This document shows, piece after piece, positions 40,693-52,746 of a stretch of DNA of 64,000 nt. The stretch lies in NCBI GenBank assembly GCA_964016885.1, contig OZ024741.1:299646001-299710000 (forward strand). Direction: 5' to 3'. Every line of letters starts with the position of its first letter. Positions within the stretch are counted from its first letter, which is position 1. The stretch comes from Eledone cirrhosa (Eukaryota). The notes beneath the pieces are model-generated. The model was not told where the DNA came from. It did no database searches and saw only the letters and a list, made by a program, of their open reading frames with translations. Both the position numbers and the translations under genes were made by a program.

Positions 40693-41504
40693 TTTGATAT
40701 ATTCTTCGATGATTATGATTCCATAACGCATTGAATAGGTTTTGTAAATATCAGAATATTGTAGCGTTGTCTTGAACACTACGTTGATAATTGAACGAAA
40801 TGTATTTAAACAAGTTCTTTTTTAAATATCTATGTCATTTTATTTTTGCAACCGATTTAAAATAAATATAGTGTTCAATAGTTAATACGAGATTTTTCAA
40901 TGGATCTATGAGATATGAATGACAATCTAGTGTTCGATCTCACTGCTGCGCCTCTTGGATAAGTCTTATTTACCATAGCTTCCGGTCTACCCATACATTG
41001 TGAAGAACATTAGGTAGACAGAAAATGTTTGAAATCCATTACATGAAGTTTGCATACATGTAAGTCAAAGGACCATCATACACATTTTCACGCTGAATTT
41101 TCATGAGAATTACGCAAGGAGTGCACGCACATGTTCGTAGAATGGACAGACAATTACAAGTAAATTTCATTAGCAGGCTGTACCGTTCATCAAATATATT
41201 GAACACTCCTCTTTGAAATCAATGAAGCTTCATTCCCCTTATCTAACGAAACCATTCATAGTTTCAGTTTAGAAATAACTGTGGTGTGCAATAGCTATTA
41301 CCAGATTTCATGAATAGACATTATTAACCTTACCTTAGGCTCCGTACCTCTCCAGGGAGCATTTGTGGTGCCGTATTTACTAAATACTGTGTTTCTATGG
41401 CATGTTTTTAAACTCGCCTGAGTCCATCTCTGAAAACAGCAGATTTCTTTCAGAAAAGGATAGAGAGTGATTGAACGGAAGTGGGAAAGACGTATAGAGG
41501 GAGT

Positions 41505-41625
41505 CTCATCACCCGAATGGATGAAAGGCAAAGTTGACGACGGCGAGATTTGAACGCACTGAGCAGGGAGTCGAAACGAATACTGCAAAGCATTCTTTCT
41601 GACCTGCTAACGACTTTCGCCGCCT
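41505..41625 (-). mobile_element. Old diverged SINE copy
   Basis: GGATGAAAGGCAAAGTTGAC...GATTTGAAC core. Confidence 0.65.
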
Positions 41626-41855
41626 GAGCATGATTAACACTAATATGTAATTGATTCCTGAAATAAGTGAAATTAATGAAAGGGGTACACGAAAAAGAAC
41701 AATTTACAGTTGTTCAACCTCGTCTTTTGATGCAGTGTTTATATGTTTCCCAACATCATATATATTATACAATAAGTAATGTAAGAAGAACATTGTGGTT
41801 TAATCGGATTTGCATAAACGCAGGTGGCGCATAAGTAGATATACATATTGTAATA

Positions 41856-42312
41856 ATTAATTGTTTCTAATTTTGGCACAATGCCATCAATTTCGGGGGA
41901 GGAGAAAATCGATTAAATCAACCTCAGTGCCTGAGTGATACTTCATTTTATCGACCCAGTAAGGATGAAAGGCAATGTTAACCTCGGCAGGATTTGAACT
42001 CAGAATATAAACGGGCCGTATCTCTACGCTACGAAGCAGGGTGTCCGACGATCAACCAACACTGCCAATCGACCGCCCTTATCCTGTAATCAATAATAAT
42101 TTCTAGTATAGGCACAAGGTTATTGATTTGGGGGGAGGGGTAAGTCGATTAAATCGACCCCAGTACGTTACTGGTACTTTATTTTATCGACCCGGTAAGG
42201 ATGAAAGGCAAAGTTAACCTCGCCGGGATTCGAACTAACATCGTAAAGGGCCGTAACTCTATGCTGCAAATCATGATGTCCGACTCTCTACCGATACTAT
42301 CAATCCACCGCC
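41856..42312 (-). mobile_element. Two tandem long-variant SINE copies
   Basis: Copies at 41856-42077 and 42094-42312; each is followed by CCCTTATYCTGTAATYAATAATA. Confidence 0.9.
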
Positions 42313-44334
42313 CTTATTCTGTAATTAATAATACATATGCTTGATGTTCTTTGCTTCTGGTTATATTTCGGCTTTATAGTTAGAATCGCAATAAAGTTCG
42401 AAAATATGTTTTTTTTTTATAGATACATTCTATTGCCATTGACTTTGGATCAAATTATATTCTCAGTAACGAAATATAACAAACGATATTGACAGTAATT
42501 TAATGTGACAGATTATTTTCTCAGTAAAGAATTACATTGAAGAGCAGTGAAAATGAAACGAATATACTGTGTGTGAGATATTTATAAAAATGAAATATGA
42601 TAGCTCACACTATATCAATCCAATCAGCTTGTATTACAATAAAGATCTGTAAATTAATTAAAAAGTAAACTTGGATCTTGTAGAGAAACATGTACATCAC
42701 AGCAATTCTTGATTTCATGATTGCAAGAACAATCAACCTAATTAACCCATTAATTCATAATGTCCCCAAAACAAAACATTATTCAATACAATGTACTGTA
42801 ACATTTTTAATTTGAAATACTGTTCACATTAACTTTCCGCGCCGAACTATTGTATAATCACCCTTTTAAGTTTTCTCCTTACATTCTGTTTACGTTTCTT
42901 GATAATTAATTAGAGAATGAAAATTAAACTTCACGGATTAATGAGTTAATTAATATTATCTTAACTCTACCAATGTATGCTTATTACTTTGTTAATGAAC
43001 GGCTATCATACAAATTGTAAATGAAGCATTAAATTAAATATTGATTTACTACATAGGAAGAACGCGAAATGTTTATATAACACGGAAAAATGGATTGCGT
43101 AAAGTTCATGGATTTCTAATTAAAATATTAGCGAGAAATAGGAAACGAAATGGATTAAGTCAAATATAGAAAAAAAACAAAACAGTTTAATGTTCCTAGT
43201 TTAACGCGAATATTAATTCTACTCAACTCTCAGACAAAATTACAGGCACGCATATGTTTACGTGCGCCATACCGAATGCAATGGATCCCGCGTACAGGCA
43301 TTGATGTACACGTTTAAATGTACATATACACACATACACATACAATATACCCATATGCACAAACAAACACCTGTACGTACACACGCGCGCACACACACAT
43401 ACATATACACACACACACATATATATATACATACATACATACGTACATATATACACACATACGTACAAACATACATATATATGTGTGTGGAAATGCAATG
43501 CAATATGGAAACAATTTAAAGTTAAGTAGATAGCGGCAGATATATAATTTTCATGGTGTTTATGTTTTGATAATAAACATCTAATTATGATGCTGACTAT
43601 AAAAATACACAAAATTATATCTCCCGGAGGCTATCATTATCACTGTCATCAAGACAAAACAATTATAGAAAATTCAGATCACGATTTCAGTGTAATTAAG
43701 TCGAAACAATACTAGAATTTAAACTCATCTACATTTCCTATTGTCACGAACATATTTGAACTAAGTTGTTCTCAACATCTTCATTATAGGCAGAAATGGG
43801 AATAATTTGTGTGTATCACACATGTTTGTTAAACCAAGCCACATCAACCTTTTCAGTGTCAATTACTTTATATATTGTCAGTTTTCATTGAAAATGCCCC
43901 GGTGTTTTCTGATATTGTGTTACTGTGAATTACACATATAGTCGTATAATTCAAGTGAATTGGGAGGGATGTGGAAACATCTATTAAATGGTTATATCTT
44001 GCACCTTCAAATGTCAAATGTGGAACTCTCGTGAGACATTTAAAGTAGCATCGCAATAACTGAAATGTTTGAGTAGGTTTTCATAATAAGTTATGACAAT
44101 TTCATTTAAATTTAACAATTAATGCTGCATCGGAGACACATAAGCATAACAAAACCTATTTCCTTCTTTGTTTTTGTCTATAGAAGTGATCTACTATAGA
44201 GGAAACAATTACATGCGTCGTGCCTTTTTATAACACCGTGATATATTATAAATATAGTGTTCGATGAGCAACCAATAAACAAATACCCAGATATACAACC
44301 AGTATTGTATTATAAGACATTGCAAAGATGATCG

Positions 44335-44366
<32 letters not shown>

Positions 44367-44367
44367 A

Positions 44368-44528
44368 TATGGAAAACGAAGAATCAGTGATGCATCGGAA
44401 CAAAATTTATTATGTATTCCAATTGTTTCTCCAGCGAACAGATCGCATCTAGAGCTGTTCGCCGGAGAAACAATTGTAAAACGTAATAAATTGTGTTGCG
44501 ATGCATCACTGATTCTTCGTTTTCCATA
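44368..44528. repeat. Fold-back with ~75-bp arms containing a hammerhead 3' half
   Basis: ATGGAAAACGAAGAATCAGTGATGCATC...GATGCATCACTGATTCTTCGTTTTCCAT; GAAA-caattg-TA at 44467-44478, no CUGANGA. Confidence 0.85.
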
Positions 44529-44731
44529 CTGTTATACTGTGCTCCGAAGGAGCATAGAGTGCTCAACCGGCACACCGCCAATGGACGCATCCAAGCAAAC
44601 GTTATATATATATATATATATATACGCCCGGCCCACTAACTCACTCGATATGCAAATTAGGCTGCTCAGCCGTTAATATGCATAAGGGAAGTATATACTT
44701 TCAAATGTTCAATTAACTGACAGGAAGGTAT

Positions 44732-44774
44732 ACGGTGCTGATGACAGCTAATAAGCTAGAAACCAGTCCATCGT
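44732..44774 (+). ncRNA. Minimal type I hammerhead ribozyme (43 nt)
   Basis: acggtg-CTGATGA-c-agct(aata)agct-a-GAAA-cca-GTC-catcgt; 6-bp stem I; predicted cut after 44768. Confidence 0.8.
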
Positions 44775-44959
44775 TCCTTTGTCAGTGTTGAACAAATAGG
44801 GCAGCGATGGTTGCCGAACACTGTACGGCTAATAATTCGGGCTATTTGTTTACAAACAAACCGAGCATTATAATAAATGTTTGGTAAACTCATACGTATA
44901 AATACTTACATTTAAGTATCAGCCGTATTAAGAGTGAGAAATGAAATTTCATTTTTTCC

Positions 44960-45030
<71 letters not shown>

Positions 45031-45036
<6 letters not shown>

Positions 45037-46400
45037 TTCAAAATATTAATAAAATAGATATTCTTGTGATCAATTATATTTTATTATACATATTTCAGAG
45101 GTACTGAGTTAAGTTCAACAGATAAAATAAATGATACATGACACACTCTGACATAGTAGATGATTAAGATTTAGTCATGGTAGTGATTAACGTATTACAA
45201 AACTCAATATTTATACCCTAATATTGAGAACATGAGATAACATAATACAAACAATAGAGAGGGTGCGTGTAATGGAGTTTAAGAAATACATGGCATCAAT
45301 ATAACAGTTATAATATTTTTTTAATTTTTAAAAACTACTGGAGAAAGAGGAGGCTGAGGAAAGCATAGAGGAAGAAATAGCTGATGTGATAATATATTTA
45401 GTAGGTGGCTTGAAAAAACAGATGGAAGATGATTAAAGAGAGAGAGACAAAGGGAGTAATTTATGTTCAAGTTTATATACACAGATCTCCATACAAGTAA
45501 CACATGTTCAAAATAATATAGTTGGCGGTTAATTTTCAAAATATTTAATTTAAGTTATTTCAGGCTAAAGAATAATATTTTAGGTTTTAAAAGTTAATAG
45601 GTATTTGTATTAATATTATAATATAATTATAATTATGTTTAATTTCTAAAATTCAAATTTTATGAAAACAAATTTAAAGGATTTACGAAACATGAGAAAG
45701 AAAATATCTATAATTGTTTTATAACTTCATGAAGGTAATCTTTACCAAAATTATTTATAATATTGACAACAGTTTCTATAATATAATTTATAAAATAATT
45801 ATAATTATAATTATTAAAGAATTTATTGTTAAATAGTTTGCGTGCCTAAAGTATCAACCAGCCTTATAACTAAACATAAATAACTCCGAATTTTGAACTA
45901 TATACATGTATTGATAAAAAAATACAATGATTATAGTTTATTATTTGTTTATAATTGAGATGATACTTTCAAATATATATAATATAATACAATAATGCAA
46001 TAATGCAATATAGTAAATAAGTTACTGAAAATATTGTTAAAAAATATATGCTTTCCTTTCCCTCCTCTTTCTCCAGTAGTTTTTAAAAATGAAAAATAAA
46101 TGTTATAACTGTTATATTGATGCCATGTCTTTCTTAAACTCTATTACACGCACCCTCTCTATTGTTTGTTTTATGTTAACTCCTGTTCTCAATATTAGGG
46201 TATAAATATTGAGTTTTGTCATGAGTTAATCACTATCTTGACTAAACCTTAACCATCTACTATGTCAGGGTATGTCATGTATCATTTATTTTATTTGATG
46301 AGGACGTACTGTTGAACTTAACTCAGTACCTCTGAAATATGTATAATAAAATATAATTGATCACAAGAGTATCTATTTTGTTAATATTATGAATTAATAT
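45031..46400. mobile_element. Element with ~340-bp inverted arms (45031-45367, 46047-46400) bearing decayed HHRs; PLE inverted-pLTR-like
   Basis: The arms are imperfect reverse complements around an AT-rich ~680-bp spacer. Confidence 0.8.
46287..46353 (+). ncRNA. Hammerhead motif (U3.G8, probably decayed)
   Basis: tattttat-TTGATGA-ggacgtactg...cagtacctct-GAAA-tatgta-TA-ataaaata; the partner at 45077-45129 (-) keeps C3 but has lost the rest of the core by deletion. Confidence 0.6.
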
Positions 46401-46927
46401 TAATAACTTGGAAAACCTTTTTCTTTTGAGTGCTTCCAATCTAATTGATGTATTCAATGAACCTTGTTTAACTTTTAAATATATATATTCATAATGTATT
46501 TTTAACTCTGATACTGGTTCAGTCTAGTTCAAACTGAATTGGTCTGTCCCAGTCATTCATTGAGCAACATCGGTGAAGTTGGCACCCTTAACTCACAGTT
46601 GGGTGCGGATGCATTCATGTATATATGTGTGTGTCCGCATGTATCTGTGTGTTTCTAAATATATTAATAACTCCCTCTGGTCGAGCAATCTTTGAAGTGT
46701 GGGGACAACTGGAAAGCTTCCATTACTCATACTTCTCGCCTTCTTCACTACCTCTTCTACGGCCTCGATATGAATACCCCCTCCGCCTCCGTGGTATTTT
46801 CTTCGTGGTTATAAGAGGCTTAGCTCTGTTTCTCGACCGTTATATCGCGTGACTATCTCCCCCTCCGCCTTTTGGGATTCTTTCTCACGTCGTGTAGACG
46901 CGTTCTTGAGACTAGTAAAATGAGGTA

Positions 46928-47015
46928 TCCTCTTGATAAGTCGGCAGACCTCGCAGGGACTCTATATCTTTGATATATTGTTTTTGTTTATGCCACGAAA
47001 CTACGTAGTCGAGGA
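46928..47015 (+). ncRNA. Type I hammerhead ribozyme, U3-A8 variant (unit 1)
   Basis: tcctc-TTGATAA-gt(c)ggca...tgccac-GAAA-ctacgtag-TC-gagga; 5-bp stem I, ACTACGTAGT palindrome, GUC site, cut after 47010. Confidence 0.8.
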
Positions 47016-47518
47016 ATTTAGGAACAGTTTAGGTATGATACATTTTATTACTAATTATATCTAAATGTTTCTTCTCTCTTCATAATGTATTTTTAACTCT
47101 GATACTGGTTCAGTCTAGTTCAAACTGAATTGGTCTGTCCCAGTCATTCATTGAGCAACATCGGTGAAGTTGGCACCCTTAACTCACAGTTGGGTGCGGA
47201 TGCATTCATGTATATATGTGTGTGTCCGCATGTATCTGTGTGTTTCTAAATATATTAATAACTCCCTCTGGTCGAGCAATCTTTGAAGTGTGGGGACAAC
47301 TGGAAAGCTTCCATTACTCATACTTCTCGCCTTCTTCACTACCTCTTCTACGGCCTCGATATGAATACCCCCTCCGCCTCCGTGGTATTTTCTTCGTGGT
47401 TATAAGAGGCTTAGCTCTGTTTCTCGACCGTTATATCGCGTGACTATCTCCCCCTCCGCCTTTTGGGATTCTTTCTCACGTCGTGTAGACGCGTTCTTGA
47501 GACTAGTAAAATGAGGTA

Positions 47519-47606
47519 TCCTCTTGATAAGTCGGCAGACCTCGCAGGGACTCTATATCTTTGATATATTGTTTTTGTTTATGCCACGAAACTACGTAGT
47601 CGAGGA
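47519..47606 (+). ncRNA. Type I hammerhead ribozyme, U3-A8 variant (unit 2)
   Basis: Identical to unit 1; cut after 47601. Confidence 0.8.
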
Positions 47607-48109
47607 ATTTAGGAACAGTTTAGGTATGATACATTTTATTACTAATTATATCTAAATGTTTCTTCTCTCTTCATAATGTATTTTTAACTCTGATACTGGT
47701 TCAGTCTAGTTCAAACTGAATTGGTCTGTCCCAGTCATTCATTGAGCAACATCGGTGAAGTTGGCACCCTTAACTCACAGTTGGGTGCGGATGCATTCAT
47801 GTATATATGTGTGTGTCCGCATGTATCTGTGTGTTTCTAAATATATTAATAACTCCCTCTGGTCGAGCAATCTTTGAAGTGTGGGGACAACTGGAAAGCT
47901 TCCATTACTCATACTTCTCGCCTTCTTCACTACCTCTTCTACGGCCTCGATATGAATACCCCCTCCGCCTCCGTGGTATTTTCTTCGTGGTTATAAGAGG
48001 CTTAGCTCTGTTTCTCGACCGTTATATCGCGTTACTATCTCCCCCTCCGCCTTTTGGGATTCTTTCTCACGTCGTGTAGACGCGTTCTTGAGACTAGTAA
48101 AATGAGGTA

Positions 48110-48197
48110 TCCTCTTGATAAGTCGGCAGACCTCGCAGGGACTCTATATCTTTGATATATTGTTTTTGTTTATGCCACGAAACTACGTAGTCGAGGA
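48110..48197 (+). ncRNA. Type I hammerhead ribozyme, U3-A8 variant (unit 3)
   Basis: Identical to unit 1; cut after 48192. Confidence 0.8.
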
Positions 48198-48263
48198 ATT
48201 TAGGAACAGTTTAGGTATGATACATTTTATTACTAATTATATCTAAATGTTTCTTCTCTCTTC

Positions 48264-48325
<62 letters not shown>

Positions 48326-48743
48326 GTATGTGTGTGTATCTGTGTATGTAGAAATATCTGAAGATGTGAAAATGGAAAAAGGAAAACAGTGCTCAATAGG
48401 GTAGAGAACTGATATATTACATTATTTAATTATGATCATAAACTATATTTGTATTTAACAAAAACCTTATACTGTTAACACTAACAACAGACAAGAGTTC
48501 CACGCATTTGACTATACGTGACTATACGTATCTACTTTTGTAGCCACACCTTCGACGTAATATATGGGCCAACGATTCACTCACTAGTTCCATTCTTGTG
48601 AAACCGTATTCAAACCGAAATATAAGGACAAAAGTCAACGGCTGATTTATTTTGTCTGCATAACATTCTCATATGTTATAAATTTCTTTCTGAGTTTTAT
48701 TCTACCAGCTTTACCAAAGCAATCGAAACCAACCCTTCTCTCT

Positions 48744-48814
<71 letters not shown>

Positions 48815-48910
48815 ATATATATATATATACATACATATATATATACGTATATATATATATAAATATATATTTATTATTTGGATTTTAGTCTTCAATTTTA
48901 TTATTATTAC

Positions 48911-48984
<74 letters not shown>

Positions 48985-49084
48985 TATTGAAATTTCCGTT
49001 GGAAACGGAAAAGGTCATAGAAATGAAGAGTGCTCTATGTAAGTATAAGAGCAAAATTTAATGTATAAAAATAAATACAATATA

Positions 49085-49162
49085 ATTACCTCATTACCAG
49101 AGGTTTCCCGAATGAGGCGAATACGAAATAAAGGACTTCATTCGTTCGTCAGACGAGGCAAT
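49085..49162 (-). ncRNA. Hammerhead ribozyme in the inverted pLTR
   Basis: Reverse complement of 52596-52673 with one loop substitution. Confidence 0.8.
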
Positions 49163-49550
49163 ATAAAACATGGGCAAATACTTAGAAAAACACATCAAGA
49201 AAATCAAAAAAAGATATAGATAAATGAAATAGAAATTGAAATATATAAAAATCTATCAAGAAGTATAGTTAGGTGTGTGTATATGTATGTATATACGCCC
49301 ACAGATGTGCATATATGTATATGTGCACATGTAAATGTATAGTGAGAAAGTATGCGTAATTCTAAAATATGTATCTATATGTCTGTATTATACAGACAGA
49401 AATGGTTACATCGTAAATATATGAACATGAAAATGAAAGCGCGCGCATAAAACGCCTGGACACTCGTACGCTTAGATGCGGAAAGAAAGGAGGTAAAGGG
49501 AGTGTAATAATTAAAAGAAAAGTATCAGTCTCGATATATTTATAAAAATA

Positions 49551-49741
49551 TAATTGTTTCTACTTTTGGCACGAGGCCAGCAATTATCCAGTACATTACT
49601 GGTACTTTATTTTATCGACCCCGTAAGGATGAAAGGCAAAGTTAACCTCGGCGGGATTTGAACTCAGAATGGCAAGGGCCGTAACTCCATACGTCAAAGT
49701 ATGGCGTCCGACCCTCTACCGACGCTGCCAATCCACCGCCC
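49551..49741 (-). mobile_element. SINE inserted in the inverted pLTR
   Basis: Full-length; absent from the 52 kb arm; ATATTTATAAAAATATAAT is duplicated. Confidence 0.92.
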
Positions 49742-49843
49742 TTAAATTTTTTTCTTTCTAATATCTTTTCTTTCTAATTTATCGTTATTATATTTATAAA
49801 AATATAATAACGATAAATTAGAAAGAAAAGATATTAGAAAGAA

Positions 49844-51361
49844 AAAATTTTAAATAAATTAAATACACACATTAGAAGTAAGTCTAAATTACTCCAATGG
49901 ATAAATAGCTCTTCCGTAGTACATTGGTTTAATAATATTAAAAACAAAATCAGTTCTAGATTCACCCAATTTGACATCGTAGATTTCTACCCATCTATTA
50001 CTCAGACCCTTTTAGTGAAAGCTTTAAATTTCGCTAGAGGGTTCACTAATATCTCCGATATTGAAGAGGATGTCATCTTGCATGCTAGGAACACTCTACT
50101 TTTTAATGATAATGACACTTGGGTAAAAATATCTAACCCAGAGAACCCATTCGATGTCTCAATGGGCTCTTATGACAGTGCCGAGATTTGTGATCTGGTC
50201 GGCATATTCCTCTTACATACACTTAAAGAAAAATTTCCTAACCATATTTTTGGGCTTTATCGCGATGATGGTCTAATACTTTCCTATACCACCATAGGCC
50301 ATAACTTAGATAGATTAAGGAAAGACTTAATAAAAACCTTCGCTAGTTTTAATCTTAAAATTACTATTGACACTAACCTTTCCAACGTAGATTTCCTAGA
50401 TATAAACCTAGATTTGCCTACTGCTTCTTATAAACGATACCATAAACCTAATGAAAACTTAAAATATATAAGTAAAGGATCTTGCCATCCACCTATAGTT
50501 TTTAAAAACCTTATCCCTAATATTAGCCGTAGGATCTCCACCCTCTCTTCATCAGAAGCTATTTTTAATAAGGCATCCCCCTACTATAATAAAGCCCTCC
50601 AAAATAGCGGCTTTAGCGAACCGATTAAATACATACCTAACTACACTAACTCTATTAAACATAAAAATAGGAAAAGAAAAATAATCTGGTTCACACCCCC
50701 CTACTCTCTAGCAGTTAAAACTAATGTAGGCAAAACATTCCTAGACCTCCTAGATAAACATTTCCCTAGAACACATAGATACTATAAGATCTTTAACAGA
50801 AACTGTGTTAAAATTAGCTATTCCTGCGGTCCCCCTATTAAGTCCTATATCCTCAACAAAATATCACCTAGAGAAAATCAAACTTGCTCCTGTAGAATCA
50901 AAAGTGAATGCCCATTACAAGGTAAATGCAACACCAAAGCCATTGTATATGCGGCTAAAGTGACAACCATCAGCAACAACCATCCAGCCACCAGTGAACG
51001 ATATGTGGGTATGACGCAAGACAGATTCAAAACGCGTTATTACTCACATGTCGCATCCTTTCGACATCCAGAAAAAAGATTTACAACAGCTCTGGCTAGC
51101 AGAATTTGGGATTTGAAAGACCAAGGCATCCAATATAAACTAGATTGGTCAATTTTGAACCAATCTAAAAAATATGCTAGAGGAACAAGAAAATGCACGC
51201 TCTGCATAAATGAAAAATTTTGGATATTGCAAAATCTTAAATCACCAAAGACCTGCCTGAACACAAAGACGGAAATTTTCACCAGTTGCCCACACATGAA
51301 ATCACACCTGCTTTCCAGCTCATATAAACTTAACACACTTTCAGATACTTATCCTCCATAA
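49844..51361 (+). CDS. Penelope-like (Naiad-type) reverse transcriptase + GIY-YIG endonuclease; uninterrupted but 5'-truncated
   Basis: The frame is open upstream of 50015 (KILNKLNTHIRSKSKLLQW...FDIVDFYPSI); MGSYDSAEICDLVG, GLYRDDGL, VDFLDI, HPP, WFTPPYS, CSCRIKSEC, IVY...YVGMT..RFKTRY, CTLC...CPH. Confidence 0.95.
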   Translation, partial: KILNKLNTHIRSKSKLLQWINSSSVVHWFNNIKNKISSRFTQFDIVDFYPSITQTLLVKALNFARGFTNISDIEEDVILHARNTLLFNDNDTWVKISNPENPFDVSMGSYDSAEICDLVGIFLLHTLKEKFPNHIFGLYRDDGLILSYTTIGHNLDRLRKDLIKTFASFNLKITIDTNLSNVDFLDINLDLPTASYKRYHKPNENLKYISKGSCHPPIVFKNLIPNISRRISTLSSSEAIFNKASPYYNKALQNSGFSEPIKYIPNYTNSIKHKNRKRKIIWFTPPYSLAVKTNVGKTFLDLLDKHFPRTHRYYKIFNRNCVKISYSCGPPIKSYILNKISPRENQTCSCRIKSECPLQGKCNTKAIVYAAKVTTISNNHPATSERYVGMTQDRFKTRYYSHVASFRHPEKRFTTALASRIWDLKDQGIQYKLDWSILNQSKKYARGTRKCTLCINEKFWILQNLKSPKTCLNTKTEIFTSCPHMKSHLLSSSYKLNTLSDTYPP

Positions 51362-51746
51362 ACTCTTATTATTCTCTTTTTAATTACCCTTTCTGACTTA
51401 CTTTCATTTTTATCCTTGTCAATAATTTCATTTATTTTCACTTTTATTTATTTTTACTTCACATCCCCCCCCCCTTCATTCTCCGATCCACTTCCTATTT
51501 TCTATTTTTTACTTCCCCTTCTTTTACTTCCCTTTTTCCTCCACTAACTGATTACACTTGTCTTTTGTGTTTTTCAATCCAGATATATTTTTCATTTTTT
51601 TTTTATTTTATTTTTGCGCAGCCTATCTTACAATTTTATATTTGTACTTATTTATCCACATTTCAATATGGCTGAACGCCTTAATGTGTGTATACTTTTT
51701 ATATATGTACATGAGTAACTACGTTGTGCGCGCGCGTGCGTGTATG

Positions 51747-51821
<75 letters not shown>

Positions 51822-52595
51822 ATGTATATGTGTGTGTACAGGTGTTTGTGTGTGTGTATATGTATATATTATGCGTATGTATACGTGTCTTTATATCCGT
51901 GTCTTTGACATTACGGTTTTATGTTTTGTTCCTTTTTTCTTCTCCCCCCCCTTCCCTCTTTTTTTACTTACTCAGTTTCATACGAGGGCATGCAAACAGG
52001 TTTATATGCGTTAGTATAAGTATGTGTGTGTGTGTGTATGTACGTATCGAACGTATGGAAGTGTAAGTGCGCGTGTGTATATAAGCATAATTATTTTTAT
52101 ATTTCTTTTGTGAGACACGCGTGTCTGTGTATGTATATACCCCCCTTTTTTTGTTTTCTTTAATTTTTTTCTTTCTAATATCTTTTCTTTCTAATTTATC
52201 GTTATTATATTTTTATAAATATATCGAGACTGATACTTTTCTTTTAATTATTACACTCCCTTTACCTCCTTTCTTTCCGCATCTAAGCGTACGAGTGTCC
52301 AGGCGTTTTATGCGCGCGCTTTCATTTACATATTCATATATTTACGATGTAACCATTTCTGTCTGTATAATACAGACATATAGATACATATTTTAGAATT
52401 ACGCATACTTTCTCACTATACATTTACATGTGCACATATACATATATGCACATCTGTGGGCGTATATACATACATATACACACACCTAACTATACTTCTT
52501 GATAGATTTTTATATATTTCAATTTCTATTTCATTTATCTATATCTTTTTTTGATTTTCTTGATGTGTTTTTCTAAGTATTTGCCCATGTTTTAT

Positions 52596-52673
52596 ATTGC
52601 CTCGTCTGACGAACGAATGAAGTCGTTTATTTCGTATTCGCCTCATTCGGGAAACCTCTGGTAATGAGGTAAT
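52596..52673 (+). ncRNA. Type I hammerhead ribozyme in the PLE 3' pLTR
   Basis: attgcctcgt-CTGACGA-a-cgaatga...tcattcg-g-GAAA-cc(tct)gg-TA-atgaggtaat; 10-bp stem I with 2 GU pairs; cut after 52663. Confidence 0.85.
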
Positions 52674-52695
52674 TATATTGTATTGATTTTTATAC

Positions 52696-52746
<51 letters not shown>

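Larger units (their letters stand above)
46488..48268 (+). repeat. Three head-to-tail 591-bp units plus 8-nt terminal redundancy; HHR-containing (retrozyme-like or tandem pLTR)
   Basis: Units start at 46488, 47079 and 47670; TTCATAAT recurs at 48261; one difference seen (48032); (TA)n on both flanks. Confidence 0.95.
49060..52698 (+). mobile_element. Young 5'-truncated Penelope-like element with an inverted pLTR copy at its 5' end
   Basis: 49060-49849 (excluding the SINE insert) is the near-exact reverse complement of 52162-52698 and flanks the RT/GIY-YIG ORF; the 3' end abuts (TA)n. Confidence 0.93.

Noticed and set aside
46625-48079. 75-aa ORF repeated in each 591-bp unit (90 aa in unit 3)
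   Set aside because: It starts in a TG-rich tract and has no recognisable motif; its identity across units only reflects the repeat.
46488-48268. CRISPR-like or phage-like interpretation of the array
   Set aside because: There are no unique spacers, the units are 591 bp, and the context is eukaryotic.
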